Assembly: GCA_963575745.1 (NCBI GenBank)
Contig: CAUYUJ010000003.1
Coordinates: 930,001-994,000 of the forward strand
Direction of reading: 5' to 3'
Length of the DNA stretch: 64,000 bases
DNA from: Prorocentrum cordatum
Taxonomy: Eukaryota
Of this stretch, positions 1 to 11,582 are shown piece by piece. Numbering within the stretch: the first letter of the stretch is position 1; each line of letters begins with the position of its first letter. The notes under the pieces are model-generated. The model saw nothing but the letters and a program-made list of their open reading frames with translations, searched no databases and had not been told where the DNA came from. The translations under genes were made by a program, and so were the position numbers.

Positions 1-1720
1 CACACGTCATGGTCGACCACGCCCGCAAGCTGCGCTACAGCATCGACGGAGCATGGCGCGAGTTCGTGGAAGGGGAATGTGCCAAGGAGCACAGGAGGTA
101 TGGAGAACGGACAGAGGACGCCAGGTGCTGGGCGCATGAAGAATGCCTGGCTTTCCTGACCGTTGTCTACAATGATGACATACCGCCAAGCGGGGTGCCA
201 GATAATTGCCCCTGGGACGACGGGGGGCGCGCTGCCCTGGCAGACATCGTCGCCTGGGGGGTAGCAGGCAAAGGGAAGACAAAGGGAGCCGATAACCACT
301 TCAAGCAGGTCTGGCGGAGCTTCCTAGGGACCAGAACCACGAAGAGGGGGTGCCGACCCCCTCCGCCATGACGCCAACACACGGGCAGCCTTACTGGACG
401 GCGAAGGCATAAAGCGGATAGATGCAGCTCAGCTTGACGGCTATCTCAGTCCCGCCAAACCTGGATCCGGGATGCGCCGCCCAGCTTCGCCAGGGCGCGC
501 GGAGAGCGTGGAGCGCGGGAAGCCGACCCGCGCACCGACCCGGAACCTGGCAGGCACGCAGCCGAGGGCTCTCCTCGCTCGGGCCACCACGAGGCGCCGC
601 GCACCGCAGCACCGAGCGAGCCGCACGATGTTCTGGCCGGGGACGCCGTGGGCCAAGCCCCCGCGCCTAGCATCCGCGAGGTGCAGCTGGCCGGTTCCAA
701 CCCCGACGTGGACGACGGCAAGACCAAAGATGCCAGCCCCAACGGGAGCCTTCCCCCGGACTGGGGCCCTAGCCCCAGCGGGTGCCACAGCGTCAGTGTC
801 CCACCCGCCTCGCTGGGGGCGAGCGCGGGGGCTGCGTTAGGAGAAGGGTTCTGCCCCACGGTCAGACCCGTATTCTTTGGAATGCACAATGGACCCGCAC
901 GTTTCGCCAGCGTCGGAGACTACATGTACACCAGGGACGATGCAGGTGAATACAGAGCGGCCTGCTGGTCCGCGCTACCCGACGAGCCCGGGGAACACCT
1001 CCTCTCGGACGCCTCCCGAGCAAGGATCCTAGAGCTGGTTGAAGAAATCAGACCGGGGCGACATCTGTGCGTTCGCATAGGCGAGTGCTGGCTCACGGTA
1101 TGGGATGGGCCCAGCCGGACACACCTGGCCTGGAAATCCCAACAGAGCAAGCCCTACAGGAACACCCGAAGAGCGTGGCGGGGGAAACCCAGACGCCTCG
1201 GGGGCCGCCTCCAGCATGGCCCAGGCCCCAGTCACGGACGCGCCCTACGAAGCCCGGGAGACCTGGAGACCCACCCATGGAAATCGGGACGAGACGGGGT
1301 GGACAAGAAATTGGTCTCACTGGAACCGGGACCGTGACAGGCAGCGGGACCGCGCTACCTGGGACGATAGAGCCTGCAGGTAAAAGTACCTCCGGCTGGA
1401 GGGACTGGGGGGAGCGACGGGGCCGGCTGTGCCGAACCCCCAGGTCTGGCATCCAGTGGTCACCGCAGTGGTCTCGGACAGAGAACAGGACTGAGACCTG
1501 GGCCGAGGTGCTCAATCACCTTAAAGGGGTGCGCGGCGCACTCTTCGTGGAATGATGGATGGAACAAGGCCTGCGACAAGCGGGGCAACAAGGGCCATGG
1601 CAAAGGCACCCACAATCCCAGAGGCCACGAGGAGTTCTGCCAGGCCTTCGTAGCGGAGTTGGCCACCGTCAACTACGACAGACGCCGCCTCTGCAACAAC
1701 AGGCGGCTGGACGTTGACTG
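1..1720 (+). pseudogene. Fragmented coding-like remnant, probably the 3' part of a transposon ORF inside an intron of the TPR gene
   Basis: Protein-like segments (VDHARKLRYSIDGAWREFVEG..., VGDYMYTRDDAGEYRAACW..., WNKACDKRGNKGHGKGTHNPRGHEEFCQAFV) in different frames, separated by stops and frameshifts; no diagnostic catalytic motif. Confidence 0.3.
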
Positions 1721-3444
1721 AAACACGGCCTGGCGGCAGCAGCAAAGCCGCCAGGGGCAAACTGCCGGAAAAGGCGGGGAGGCAAGCGGCACAGCGGGGC
1801 CATCTGGCCTGCCCGCCTGCGAGGGCTCTGAGGTGCATGAAGCATTGTGGTCACCGGGGCGGCCCTGACAGCACTGCTGGCTCCCCGGCCTCACATTAGC
1901 GGGCGGGCGCCCAACCCAGGCGACCCACGCGCGTGTTCCACCAATCCGCGCACTAGTTAGGTGCAACCGTGTACCTGGCTGATATGACGACTGCGGTAGG
2001 CCTTCCAACTCAAAGACTCCGCTGGGACGGCGCTTGGCCGACAACCCTGGCGCCGCACGTTGCTTCTTCACCAGTCTGCGCACCAGTTAGGCGCACCTCT
2101 ACCTGGCTTCAGGGATGACCGCGGTGGGCCTTCTAACCCAGAGGGCTGCCGCTTTCTCCACCAGTTTGGGTCCCAGGTTTGCTGCTTCGCGGTGTCTGGC
2201 TCCGCTGTCGATGTCGGCGCCCTCCCAGCCCAGGAGAGCGCCGCCTGTTCCTTTCCCACCAGTCAGCGCACCGGTTAGGTGCACTTCCGCCGCGCAGCGC
2301 CGCGCGCCCGCCGCTCAGGGCTCCTGCGAACTGTCTAACCCAGGCGGTGCGTAGCGGTGCCCGGGCGGCCCCCACCCCCTCCCGCCTCGCCGCCCTCCCG
2401 CCGCTTGCCCCCCCCCCCCATCCGGCCTCGCCCCTCGCCTAGCGGACCGCGCGCTGGGTCTTCACTGCTGGCGGTGCTGTCTGCACCCCCCGCGCCTCAA
2501 CACGGGCCACTTCCCTGTCGGCAGCGTGTGCTGCCACACATGGGGGTCCCCGCTGCTGCGGCCTGCCTCCCGTTTTGCCACCTCCCGGGTGGCTCGCGTA
2601 GCGGCCCGACCCTCCCCGCCGGTTCCCAGGCCGTGATGCCGTGCACCAGCCTTGGGGCTGCACGACCCCCCCCGCGAACCGCTCTCGCCTAGCGAGAGGT
2701 GCACCATGCCGGTTCAAGCTGGCGCCGCCTTGCAGCCCATGCGTGCACAGGTGGTCCTGCCCTGCCCGCAGTCTCGCTGCCATACTCAGGGCCACCGCCG
2801 TTGCAGCCAGCCTCTCGTTGTGCCGTACGGCTCCCACCTCGACGGCCTGTCGGGCTCGTCCGCCCCCCCAGGGGCCCCGCCCGTGCGCGACTTGCATTGG
2901 GCGATTCTTAACTCCTTGCCGTGATGCCGTGCATCGGCTACGGAGTGGCGCTATTTTCTCCTATACGCCCCGCCTTCATGCCCGTGCCCCGCGACGGGTC
3001 GTCCCGCTTGGCTGCCCCTGCAGCCTGCCCCTCCACCGCCGCTCTGGGCCCCCAGCAGCCGCTGCAACGCCAGCGCCCCGTCCCTTGCCGCCGCCGGCTC
3101 CCGCGCCGCTGCCCCCCACCCCGCCAGCGCCAGGGTTCTCTGGTCGGTTGCCACTCCCACTCTTCCACTTGCTGGGCCCTGCCCGCACTGGGGCTGGTGG
3201 ACTCACACCTTGGGTGTACTGCGACGCCGACCAGCAGCCGCTGCCAGGGGCTACCCTTCAGCCCGGCCGCGCCCGCGCACCTGCCGCATCTTCGCTGCGT
3301 GAGTGTGCCCCCGCGCTCCGTTCTCCTCTCTGCGGTGGACTCTCTCCCTCCCTCCCTCTTGCCTGCGGGCTAGTTCGCGGTGCCGCGCCCCGGCTTCGCC
3401 CCGACGCGCGTGCGGATCGTCTCTGCCGCGCTGCGACGTGAAAA

Positions 3445-3920
3445 AGTGTGTCAGTGTGCGTGCGTGTGTGTGTGTGATTGTGTGTGTGCGTGTGCGTGAA
3501 CGTGTCTGTGTTTGAGCGCGCGTGCATGCGTGTGTGTGTGTTTGTGTGTGTATGTGTGTGCGCGTGTGTGTGTGTGAGTGTGTGTGTGTGTGCGTGAACG
3601 TGTGTGTGTGTGTGTGTGTGTGCGTGAACGTGTGTGTGTGTGTATGTGTGTGTGCGTGAACGTGTGTGTGTGTGTGTGTGTGTGCGTGAACGTGTGTGTG
3701 TGTTTTGTGTTTTTGTGTGCGTGTGTGTGTGTGTGTGTGTGTGCATGTGTGCGCGTGTGTGCGTGTGTGCGTGTGTGTGTGTGTGCGTGTGTGAGTGTGT
3801 GCGTGTGTGCGCATGTGTGCGTGTGTGCGAGTGCGGCTGTATGTGCATGTGTGCGTGCGCGCTTGCGTGCGTGCGTGTGTGCGTGTGTGCGTGTGTGTGT
3901 GCGTGTGTGTGTGTGTGTGA
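3445..3920. repeat. (GT)n/(CA)n compound microsatellite
   Basis: Visible GT dinucleotide tract with gcgt/gaac interruptions. Confidence 0.97.
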
Positions 3921-3927
3921 TGCCGGC

Positions 3928-4038
3928 CTTGGCCTGCCGGAAGAGCGCCTTCTGGCTGCCAGCGTCCAGCCGCAGCGCCTCCGTGCAGCAGTCCAGAGCG
4001 CGCCGCGCTTCGCCCGCGCTCAGCAGCGCCGCGGACAG
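3928..4038 (-). CDS. TPR-repeat protein exon ([37 protein letters not shown])
   Basis: Minus-strand translation matches TPR2/TPR3 consensus (NL..A, AL.LD....KALFR.AK); ends at a GC donor (AAG|gc); 5' side abuts a MITE. Confidence 0.85.
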
Positions 4039-4640
4039 TTCGGTGGCAACTCACGGGAATCTCCCACACCATTTGCTAACTATTGCGAATCGACGCTAGT
4101 CGACGCTAAATCGACGCTACAGTTGGGCTGCTGAAGTAAGGAACGCTGAATAAGGAACTGAGCCCCTTTGTGGCGACATCAACGCGATTACGAGGATGGC
4201 TAGAGGAACAACAACGGAATGGCCCAAGCAACAGCGAGTCCCTGTCAAACCCAGAGCGGTCCTTGTTTCAGCGTGTTGGCTGCAGCATCTTGCTGGCTCC
4301 TGCGGATGGAAGCTGCCCGGCGCTACGTCGACGCAGAGCGACGCTAATCGGCGCGAGACCGTCGCCATCTCATCGACTACCAGATGCTAGCCAACGCTAG
4401 CGCAGTCTAGAGACGGAACTACAAGGGTACAGGCCTCGGAAAAGTAGCGAACACTCATGCCACATTCATCGGCCAATGCCTCGCCCTCCCCCCAATGTTC
4501 AAAATTGGCGGTGGGTCTGATGAGTTGCACTTCGACCGCACTCTCGTCCGTGCGTGCCTACTTTGCATTCGGGGAAAAGGAGAGTGTCCATGAATTGCTT
4601 CCCTCTACCGTACACAAGGCTCCCATGCCTTGCGACCGAA
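4039..4640. mobile_element. MITE (family A) inserted in the TPR coding sequence; candidate introner
   Basis: Imperfect TIRs ttcggtggcaactcacgggaatct ... aggctcccatgccttgcgaccgaa; near-identical 6-bp flanks ggacag/agacag; internal atcgacgct repeats; related copies at 13303-13517 and 56223-56419. Confidence 0.85.
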
Positions 4641-4772
4641 AGACAGATTGTTGTAGAGGTCGACGGCCAGCGCCATGTCCCTCGCCAGGCCCGCCTCGCC
4701 TCCGTGGTCGAAGGAGCGATCTGGCTGGAACTCGGCGTCGTGCGGCGCGTACTGCAGGTATCTGAGGCCCTC
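4641..4772 (-). CDS. TPR-repeat protein exon (EGLRYLQYAPHDAEFQPDRSFDHGGEAGLARDMALAVDLYNNLS)
   Basis: ctccag| acceptor; in phase with upstream exon ending YQ; DLYNNLS joins LSAALL across the MITE. Confidence 0.8.
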
Positions 4773-4814
4773 CTGGAGCCGACCAGAAGGCAGAGTGTGA
4801 CCACGAGTTGCTCA

Positions 4815-4950
4815 GGAGGGGGAGGAGGAGGGAGAGGGGGAGGGGGAGGGGGAGGAGGAGGAGGAGGAGGAGGAGGAGGAGGAGGAGAAGGAGAAGGAGA
4901 AGGAGGAGGAGGAGGAGGAGGAGGGGGAGGAGGAGGGGGAGCAGGAGGAG
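4815..4950. repeat. (GGA)n microsatellite
   Basis: Visible tract at the LINE 3' end. Confidence 0.95.
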
Positions 4951-4951
4951 C

Positions 4952-7900
4952 GCACGTAGATTGAATCCACGGTGACCCAACTACCGCCAGGGCCCTAGCA
5001 TCGCATCGCGACGAGGGCTGCGGCTCGTAATTCGTAATGGTAGGTGGGCGTGGCCGCTCTTGGCCTGCCCGCAAGTTTAGCTTTCAGCTTGTGGTAAAGA
5101 TGGGAGCTCAGCACTACAATATGGTGGCAGCGCTGGCGGGGATACTCGAGTTCATAATCGGGTCCTGGGCCAAGCCCCAGGCGTGTGAGAGGACAGGTGG
5201 GGAGGAAACCACGAGGGAAAGCGAGACGAGGACAAACAAGGTAGCGTTGGAAGGAGTCTCGGGCTCGGCATCCAAACGAACACTGACACTCCGTAGCGCT
5301 CGAACATCGTGCGGACGTGGTCCATCCGCCGGACAATGTCTTGATGTGTGCCCAAGCCCACGAAGGAGGAGTCCGAGCTAGGTAGGATGGATCGGAGCGC
5401 TTCCCATCTCCGCCCGAGCTCTGCTACGGGGATCTGGGGGTCATGGGGGAGCCACGCATGAATCCTTCGGGCAAGGAGGGAGGGGAAAGAGTCGGGGAAG
5501 AGAAGTGAGAGAGCGAGTTAGGATCCGCTGGGGGTGAGGGCGTCTCGCCTCCAGCCGGGCGCCGTGGATCTCGATCCGTGCAGCACGGGTCGTCGTGTCC
5601 CACGCCTGACGGGCGATGTCTGGCGGGGCCCAGGACTCCGAGAGCAAATGTTCAAAGCGTTCGCCTATGGATGACGGGTTTTCCCGGCATGCCGGGCTCA
5701 GGAGCCCACGCGAGAAGCGAGTAAAACCTCCGTGCGTTTCCGCCTGCTGCCTGAGAATCGCGAGAGCCCCCCGCCAAACTCGCCCACCCGCCGTCCCCAA
5801 CGTGTGGAACGCGGTTCTCCAGGCAGCGGCAGCGCACAGGGCCCGAATCGGGCGAGGCGTGGCACTCGGGAGCCAAGATCCGATCCCCAGGAGCTCCGAG
5901 AGGCCGAATGAGTTGGGCGGGAGGCGGAGGGGGCGGTGGAGGACGTGGCGCTCAGAGCGAAGGAGAGGAGGCGGAGGAGGGAATAGTTGGCAGACGTAGT
6001 TGGGCACCGAAACTATGCCGAAATTGTACACACGGCAGCATGATTCCGCTGGGGCTCTAGAGAGGGCCAGTTCCTTAACTCTGTTTCGCCATTTACTCTC
6101 AGGGGAAAACCCACTGTTCAGCAATCGTGGCGCGCGGTCCGAACTTCATTCCGAGAAAATCGGTCGCACCCTTGACGGCAAAGTCTGCCAATTCAGGGAT
6201 AAGCGAGGCGATGCGAGATTTGAACTTCTGCATCGCGGCCTCATCGCAAGCCTCGCCTAATGGCACAACCGCGCACCTCGCTGGCTGGAGCGCCAAATTC
6301 GCAAGCGCGCGGAGGCGGCGAAGGGTGGGCGAAGAAGAGGGAGGAGGCCAATCGAGGGGAGGGTGGCGCCCACATCGTCCGCCGTCGCACCAAACTCAGG
6401 TTCTAGCCCTGGGGTCCACTGGCATGGCCCAGGGCAGAGAGGCAGGGCTTCGGGCGATTCGAGCTGTGCGGCCAAATGCCGGATAAACGGGTCCACGATC
6501 AAGGCCCACAAGGTGCCCGAGAGGGGGCAGCCTTGGGCAACTCCCGAGGTCACCATGAAGAGCGGGAACCTCTGGGAGCCGCAGCAGGTGTGGGCGAAAG
6601 TCCCAATATACAGAGCCGAGATCACATTCTGGAAGCCGGTCGGGACGCGGTGCCGCGCGAGCACATGATGGAGGAACGCCAAAGACAGGGAGGGGAATGC
6701 AGCAGCAAGGTCAAGGGAGACAAAAAGGGGGAGGAAGGCAGGGTGGTGGCCGGCAGCTCTCGCAATCGCATCGTGACGAACGATGTGCCAGAGGAAAGCC
6801 CTACCTCTAATGAGTCCTTGCTGGGAGCCGTGGGCCCGCTCACAGACGAGCTGCGAGAGCTGGTTGTTCGCCGCTGCGGCCACAGCTTTCGCGTCCGAGT
6901 TATTGAAGGAGAACGGCCTCAGCTTGGCTGCATTCCTGGCGACGTCCACCACGTCCGTCGGGTCGTCGCCCTTCGGCACGAAGACCATGCCCGAGAAGTT
7001 GAAACCCCATGGTGCAGCCTTGCCCGCATAGAACTCAGACATGAGGGCGTGCAGCGCGTCCGTCAGCCGTTCGTCCGCCAGCCAAGCAACCGCGCGGAGC
7101 CGGTCAGGCCCGGGCGCCGTTGGCCGGGCGCGCCGAAAGGCGGCTCGAAGCGCCTCCGGCCAGGGGACCGACAGCAGTGGCCGTGGCCGCTCGAAGTCAG
7201 GGATGAGCTGGTCTAGGTAGGCCTTGACGGCCGCCTCGTCCACAGGCTGGTCCTTGAAGACGGGGCCCCAGAACCTCCTGAGCGCGTCCATGATCATCGT
7301 GGGCTCCCGCTCGATCGCCGTGCCGCGCCCCTCTCCATCATCGCGAATGCCTGCGAGGATCAAGCGGCGGCGATAGGGCACACAGAGCAGCGCCCGCCGC
7401 TGGGCCGCCCGCTGGAGTTTCCTCAACTGGAGCTCCGACGGACCATCTCCACCAGACCGCAAGCGAGCCTCCTCGCGCAATCGGTCCGCTGCCGCTTTCT
7501 GCTGCCGCTCGTGCCAGGCAGCGTGCAGCAGACGGCATCCGCTCTCGAAGGACTCCGCATCTGTGAGCGAGATGCAATCGTCGTCGGCAATCGTGAGGTG
7601 GCGGGCGCCGAAGGCCGTGGTGTCCTGCAGGCGCTGGGCGAGCTGGACATCCTGTCTCCAAATCGCCCTTGCCACCGCTCGTGCAGAAATGCGCCTGCCG
7701 CCTCGGCCTCCTCAGAGCCGTCCCCGATGGGCAGACGCTGCAACTCGTTGCGCGTGAGCCGGCCGACTTCAACCATCTGGTCCTTCACCGTCCGCCAGCG
7801 CTGGTCAACGCCCAGCTGGTCCAGGGCGGAGCAGTCCAGCAGCGCCTTGATGTGCTTCGCGTAGCGCGGGGACGCAAAGACATTTGGCGGGATCGCCCGA

Positions 7901-9605
7901 TCCGCCGGGGCAGCAGCAACACGCGGGCGGATCTGGAGCTGGATGATGGCGTGGTCGCTAAGGCCCCATGCCGCCAAGGAGGCGGCCTCCTGCCAGATGT
8001 TGAAGGAGACGGCCGTCTCCAAGAGAAAGTGGGATTGCAACGACACGAAGGCGCGGTCGATGTAGGAGCAGGTCTGGTGCCGCTTGGAGTAGTGGGTCGG
8101 ATACTCGCAGCATGCCTCTACCATCGACTGCTGGAAGAGCGACCTCCAGAAGCCTTGTGACTGGTTGCCGCGATGCCACACTGAGGGACTATGGCCAACC
8201 GCACGGGGGTTAGCAATGCCAAGTCCCCCAGCACCGGGATTATCGGTGAGGCTCCGGGCATCGATTTGATCAGGATCAACGAATACTGTCCGAGGAACAA
8301 GTTGCTGGGAGACATCTGGCCCCTGTCCCCGCCGCAAGGCCGATAGCCTGCTTACAGAGAGGAGGCGACCAGAAATGTTACTGCAAGTACTGCCCGTGGA
8401 AGAAGAAGATGCAGAAGAAGAAGTGGAAGAAGTGGAAGAAGAAGTGGAAGAAGTGGATGAAGTAGACTCCGCCGCAGTCGGCGGCTGTGGTCGTCGCGTG
8501 GTGGGCGCAGCAGTTTGCGGTGCAGGACGCTGCAAGGAAGCGGGTTCGACGTCCGCGATGTTGGAGTCGCCAATGACCACGAACAATCGATGCCGCTCAT
8601 CCTCCTGCGCCCATCGGGCGCCCTCCATCCAGCAGCGCTTGATCCCAGGTAGGCAGGATTCGGGGATATCGTGATTGTGTACATTCATGATGCGGATGTG
8701 CTCGTTCGTGAAGTCGTTGTGGATGGTATGCGAGGCGATGCGGCCCTTGGCCAACACCCTGAAGTCAAAGTGGGGCAGATGGGCAAGGTTGATCGCCTGT
8801 AGCGTGGCCTCTGCGTGCCAAGGCACCAGAAAGGCCAGCCCACCAACGCCAGGGGCCGTTCTGGGCGCGAAGAAGACACGGTAGTGGTAGGGCAACTGGT
8901 TCACGGCAGCGCAAAGGGCAGGTTCGCGGCCATGAGCCTCCGGAATCACAATCAACATGCGCTTCTGCATCAGCTTGGCCAGGCGCGCCATCTTGCCCTG
9001 CCTCTTGTGGGTCCGATGGCAGCGTAAGCCATCGGCGTTCCAAGAAGCGGTGCGCAGGCCGTCCTCTTTGGTCATGCCGTGGCCCTGGGTCGAGGAGAGC
9101 TCCCAGGGCTGCCACCGCGGGCTAGGAACAAGACCAGTTTGAAGTGTCGACCCCGGTGGCGAAGGCCGTGGCCGCACGGAACTGTTCGATGATGCGGTGA
9201 CGTTCCTCATCTGGGATACCAGCGTGGGGATGCCAGAAGATCTTGGAGGGGTCGCTGAAGCCCTGGGGAACGACCTCGAGGATGGGCACCGCACTGCAGC
9301 TGATGATCCCCGTGGAGCGTGCGGCCGTCCAGTCCCTGCCAGAGGAGTAAGATTTTTGAAGTAGGAGGAGTAGTCGTTTAGTGTGCATTTCGCGTCTGAT
9401 CTGGCGCGGGGCCTTGTCAGAGCCCACGTGTAGAGCAGCGCGCCGTCCATCGGGAGTTTGGACCGTGAAGTTGCGCCAGCCGCCGCCAGGGAGACGCAGA
9501 GCTCGAGCGAGGGCCACGGCTCTGTTGCCGCCAGCCCAAGGCCCGCCGAGGACGTGGATGAAGAAACGCTTGCTCGGGACGCCAGCGCCGACGATCTCCA
9601 CGTGG
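4952..9605 (-). mobile_element. Degenerate non-LTR retrotransposon (LINE): ORF1 remnant, APE endonuclease, RT, C-terminal Cys motif
   Basis: APE motifs ASWNADGL, IPEAH, MNVHN, IGDSN, YIDRAF, LSDHA (ORF 7423-9450); RT motifs APGPD, LRPFSF, SLDLAAAFPSL, SGVAQGCPLSG, ATADDV (ORF 6257-7675); CSFGC..DSFQRYLVCP near 5230-5290; several frameshifts. Confidence 0.92.
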
Positions 9606-10257
9606 AGGAAAAGGAGGAGGAGGAGGAGGAGGACGAGTTGGGGGGAGGAGGAGGAGTAAGGGATAGCTGCGGTCAGCGCTGCAAGAAGGGAATCAAGAGA
9701 GCAGGGAGGAGGAGGGGTAAAGAGGGGCAGGGAGGGATAGCTGAGGGCAGCGCTGCCAGAGGGGGATCTGTCCGTGACGCACACGCAGACACAGACACAC
9801 CGATACCGACACCGACACCGACATACACACACACACGCACACTCGCCCCTTAGAGAACACACTTCAAGAGCGCAAACACTGCCATTTCGGTGACAGAAAA
9901 AGGCCTTGCCGCTCCGTTAACAACCAAAACAATTAAGAAACTGAATGCGCTCGTCTGCACGGATAGGCTTCTGCTCGAAGAATGGTCTAGATCGGTTGCC
10001 AACGAGACTGCATGTCCAACCCCCTCGTAATGAAAAGGGTCCACTCAGTGGGGCAACAAATGCACCATTCGCAGCGTTACGGTTTGTCCGTCCTCGCCTG
10101 GCTGTGACGAACTGAAAAGGAAATTGTCCGGCATGGCGCTCTGGCAAGATGAATCATACATTGCGGAGGGGTGCTCTTGGAGGCCTGGGAAGGAGCCTCT
10201 GGAGAGCTCCCAAGGACGCCCTGGGCCGCGGGCGCCTTTGGCAACGCCCGAAGTCTC

Positions 10258-10415
10258 CTGGTAGGACAGGATCGCGTAGTCCCACTCGCCAGCCTTGAAG
10301 CCACGGTTGCCCACCTCCTTGCACCTCAAGGCGAAGTCGGAGCGCTCCTGCTGCGTCATCTCCTCGGGCTGCTTGACGATTGGCTGCACCTCCTCCTCCT
10401 CCTTGGGCACTCCAC
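10258..10415 (-). CDS. TPR-repeat protein exon (GVPKEEEEV...ALRCKEVGNRGFKAGEWDYAILSYQ)
   Basis: Typical TPR1 helix K..GN..FK.G.W..A...Y; cccag| acceptor; GA donor (CAG|gag); continues in frame into exon 4772-4641. Confidence 0.82.
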
Positions 10416-11129
10416 CTGGGCGGGCACGCCCCGGGCCACCGCGCCCAAGCTAAAGGAAACCATCCGAAGAGCTTCCTGACACGATTCCCGCCTGTGCTGG
10501 GGGCGGGTCCGAGCGGGCGCAAGCACGACGCCGCCACGCCTCCTACCTCGTCGGTGATCCTCAGAACCGTGCGTGAGCGCTCATGTGTGCTTGTCCACCG
10601 ATGCCGATGCCCTTCGATACGACGCAGGCAGCGCAAGGAGGGCCGATACTGGCTGCGAACCACTGTTGGACATGAACTGGGTGAACATATAGTTTAGACA
10701 ACGAACATGGTTCAGCATGGAACACAAATTATGTCAGTCCTTGTTCCGATTCCTTCCGCACGAGGAGAAGAAACTCATCCACCAGAAACCGACCGCAAGA
10801 ATACCGACCCTGAAATTCGCCGGGGTTTCTTGATCCAGGGTTGGGCGTCTAGCATGTCGACTGAAAACGAAGAACCCAGGGTATCCTACCCGAGCGATTT
10901 CTTAACCGCTTGCGTGAACCAATTTGATAACGAGAAACCCAAGGCGTCCGAAAATGCAAATTTCGGGCATTGTAAAAACAGAACGATGCCTGCGACAACC
11001 TTCCACGTCGAACTCAACCAAAGAAACCCAACGCACTCCGACAAAGCATTGGATGGTTCTTGTCATTCGGTCCGGATGTACCTCTTTTGAGAGGTCTACT
11101 ACATGGAGTCTGAGCAGATGGGGCCGGAA

Positions 11130-11248
11130 GATCGCACCGCATCGCCGATGCATCGGCAACGTCGGTGGTGCATCGGCGACATCGGCATGGAGAAAATCAG
11201 GCTTCACACCGAGCAGCAGCGGCGATGCATCGGCGATGCGGCGCGATC
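11130..11248. mobile_element. Small MITE (family B)
   Basis: TIR gatcgcaccgcatcgccgatgcatc ... gatgcatcggcgatgcggcgcgatc; second copy at 13179-13288, partial copy near 12645-12735. Confidence 0.6.
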
Positions 11249-11549
11249 CTACGACTCCATCTACTCGGACTCCATCTGGCAGGCCTGCATGGGTGTTTCT
11301 TGTCATGCGGTCTGGCTGTATTGCTTTCGTAAGAGCAAACATGTAATTTCTCAGGGATCCGCGCAGACTTCCTGGATCGGCGCTGGACCCCCCTTTCCCA
11401 GGCGAGGGGAACGCGCCAGGGGCGGCGCCAGAGGCGCCGCAAGGGGGGGCCCAGCGCCTATCTCAGAACTCCGAGCGGACCTCCGAGAAATTATTCGAGC
11501 GCAGCCTAACCGAGCCCATGAGCAGCATCTTCTGTGACGTCATCCTCGC

Positions 11550-11582
11550 CTTCCAAACTTCCCTCCGGCCGTATACGTAGGT
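11550..11582 (-). CDS. Candidate micro-exon of the TPR gene (TYVYGRREVWK)
   Basis: ccaag| acceptor and GC donor; phase-compatible with candidate exon 13012-13060; frame ambiguous. Confidence 0.3.

Noticed and set aside
2262..2345. HDV-like ribozyme (ggttag/ctaacc pairing, ttcc loop, cgaa)
   Set aside because: Could not assign P1, P3 and P1.1 convincingly by eye
10543..10678. Micro-exons FMSNSGS(Q) and ITDEV linking 11550 to 10415
   Set aside because: Phases can be made to fit, but segments this short arise easily by chance
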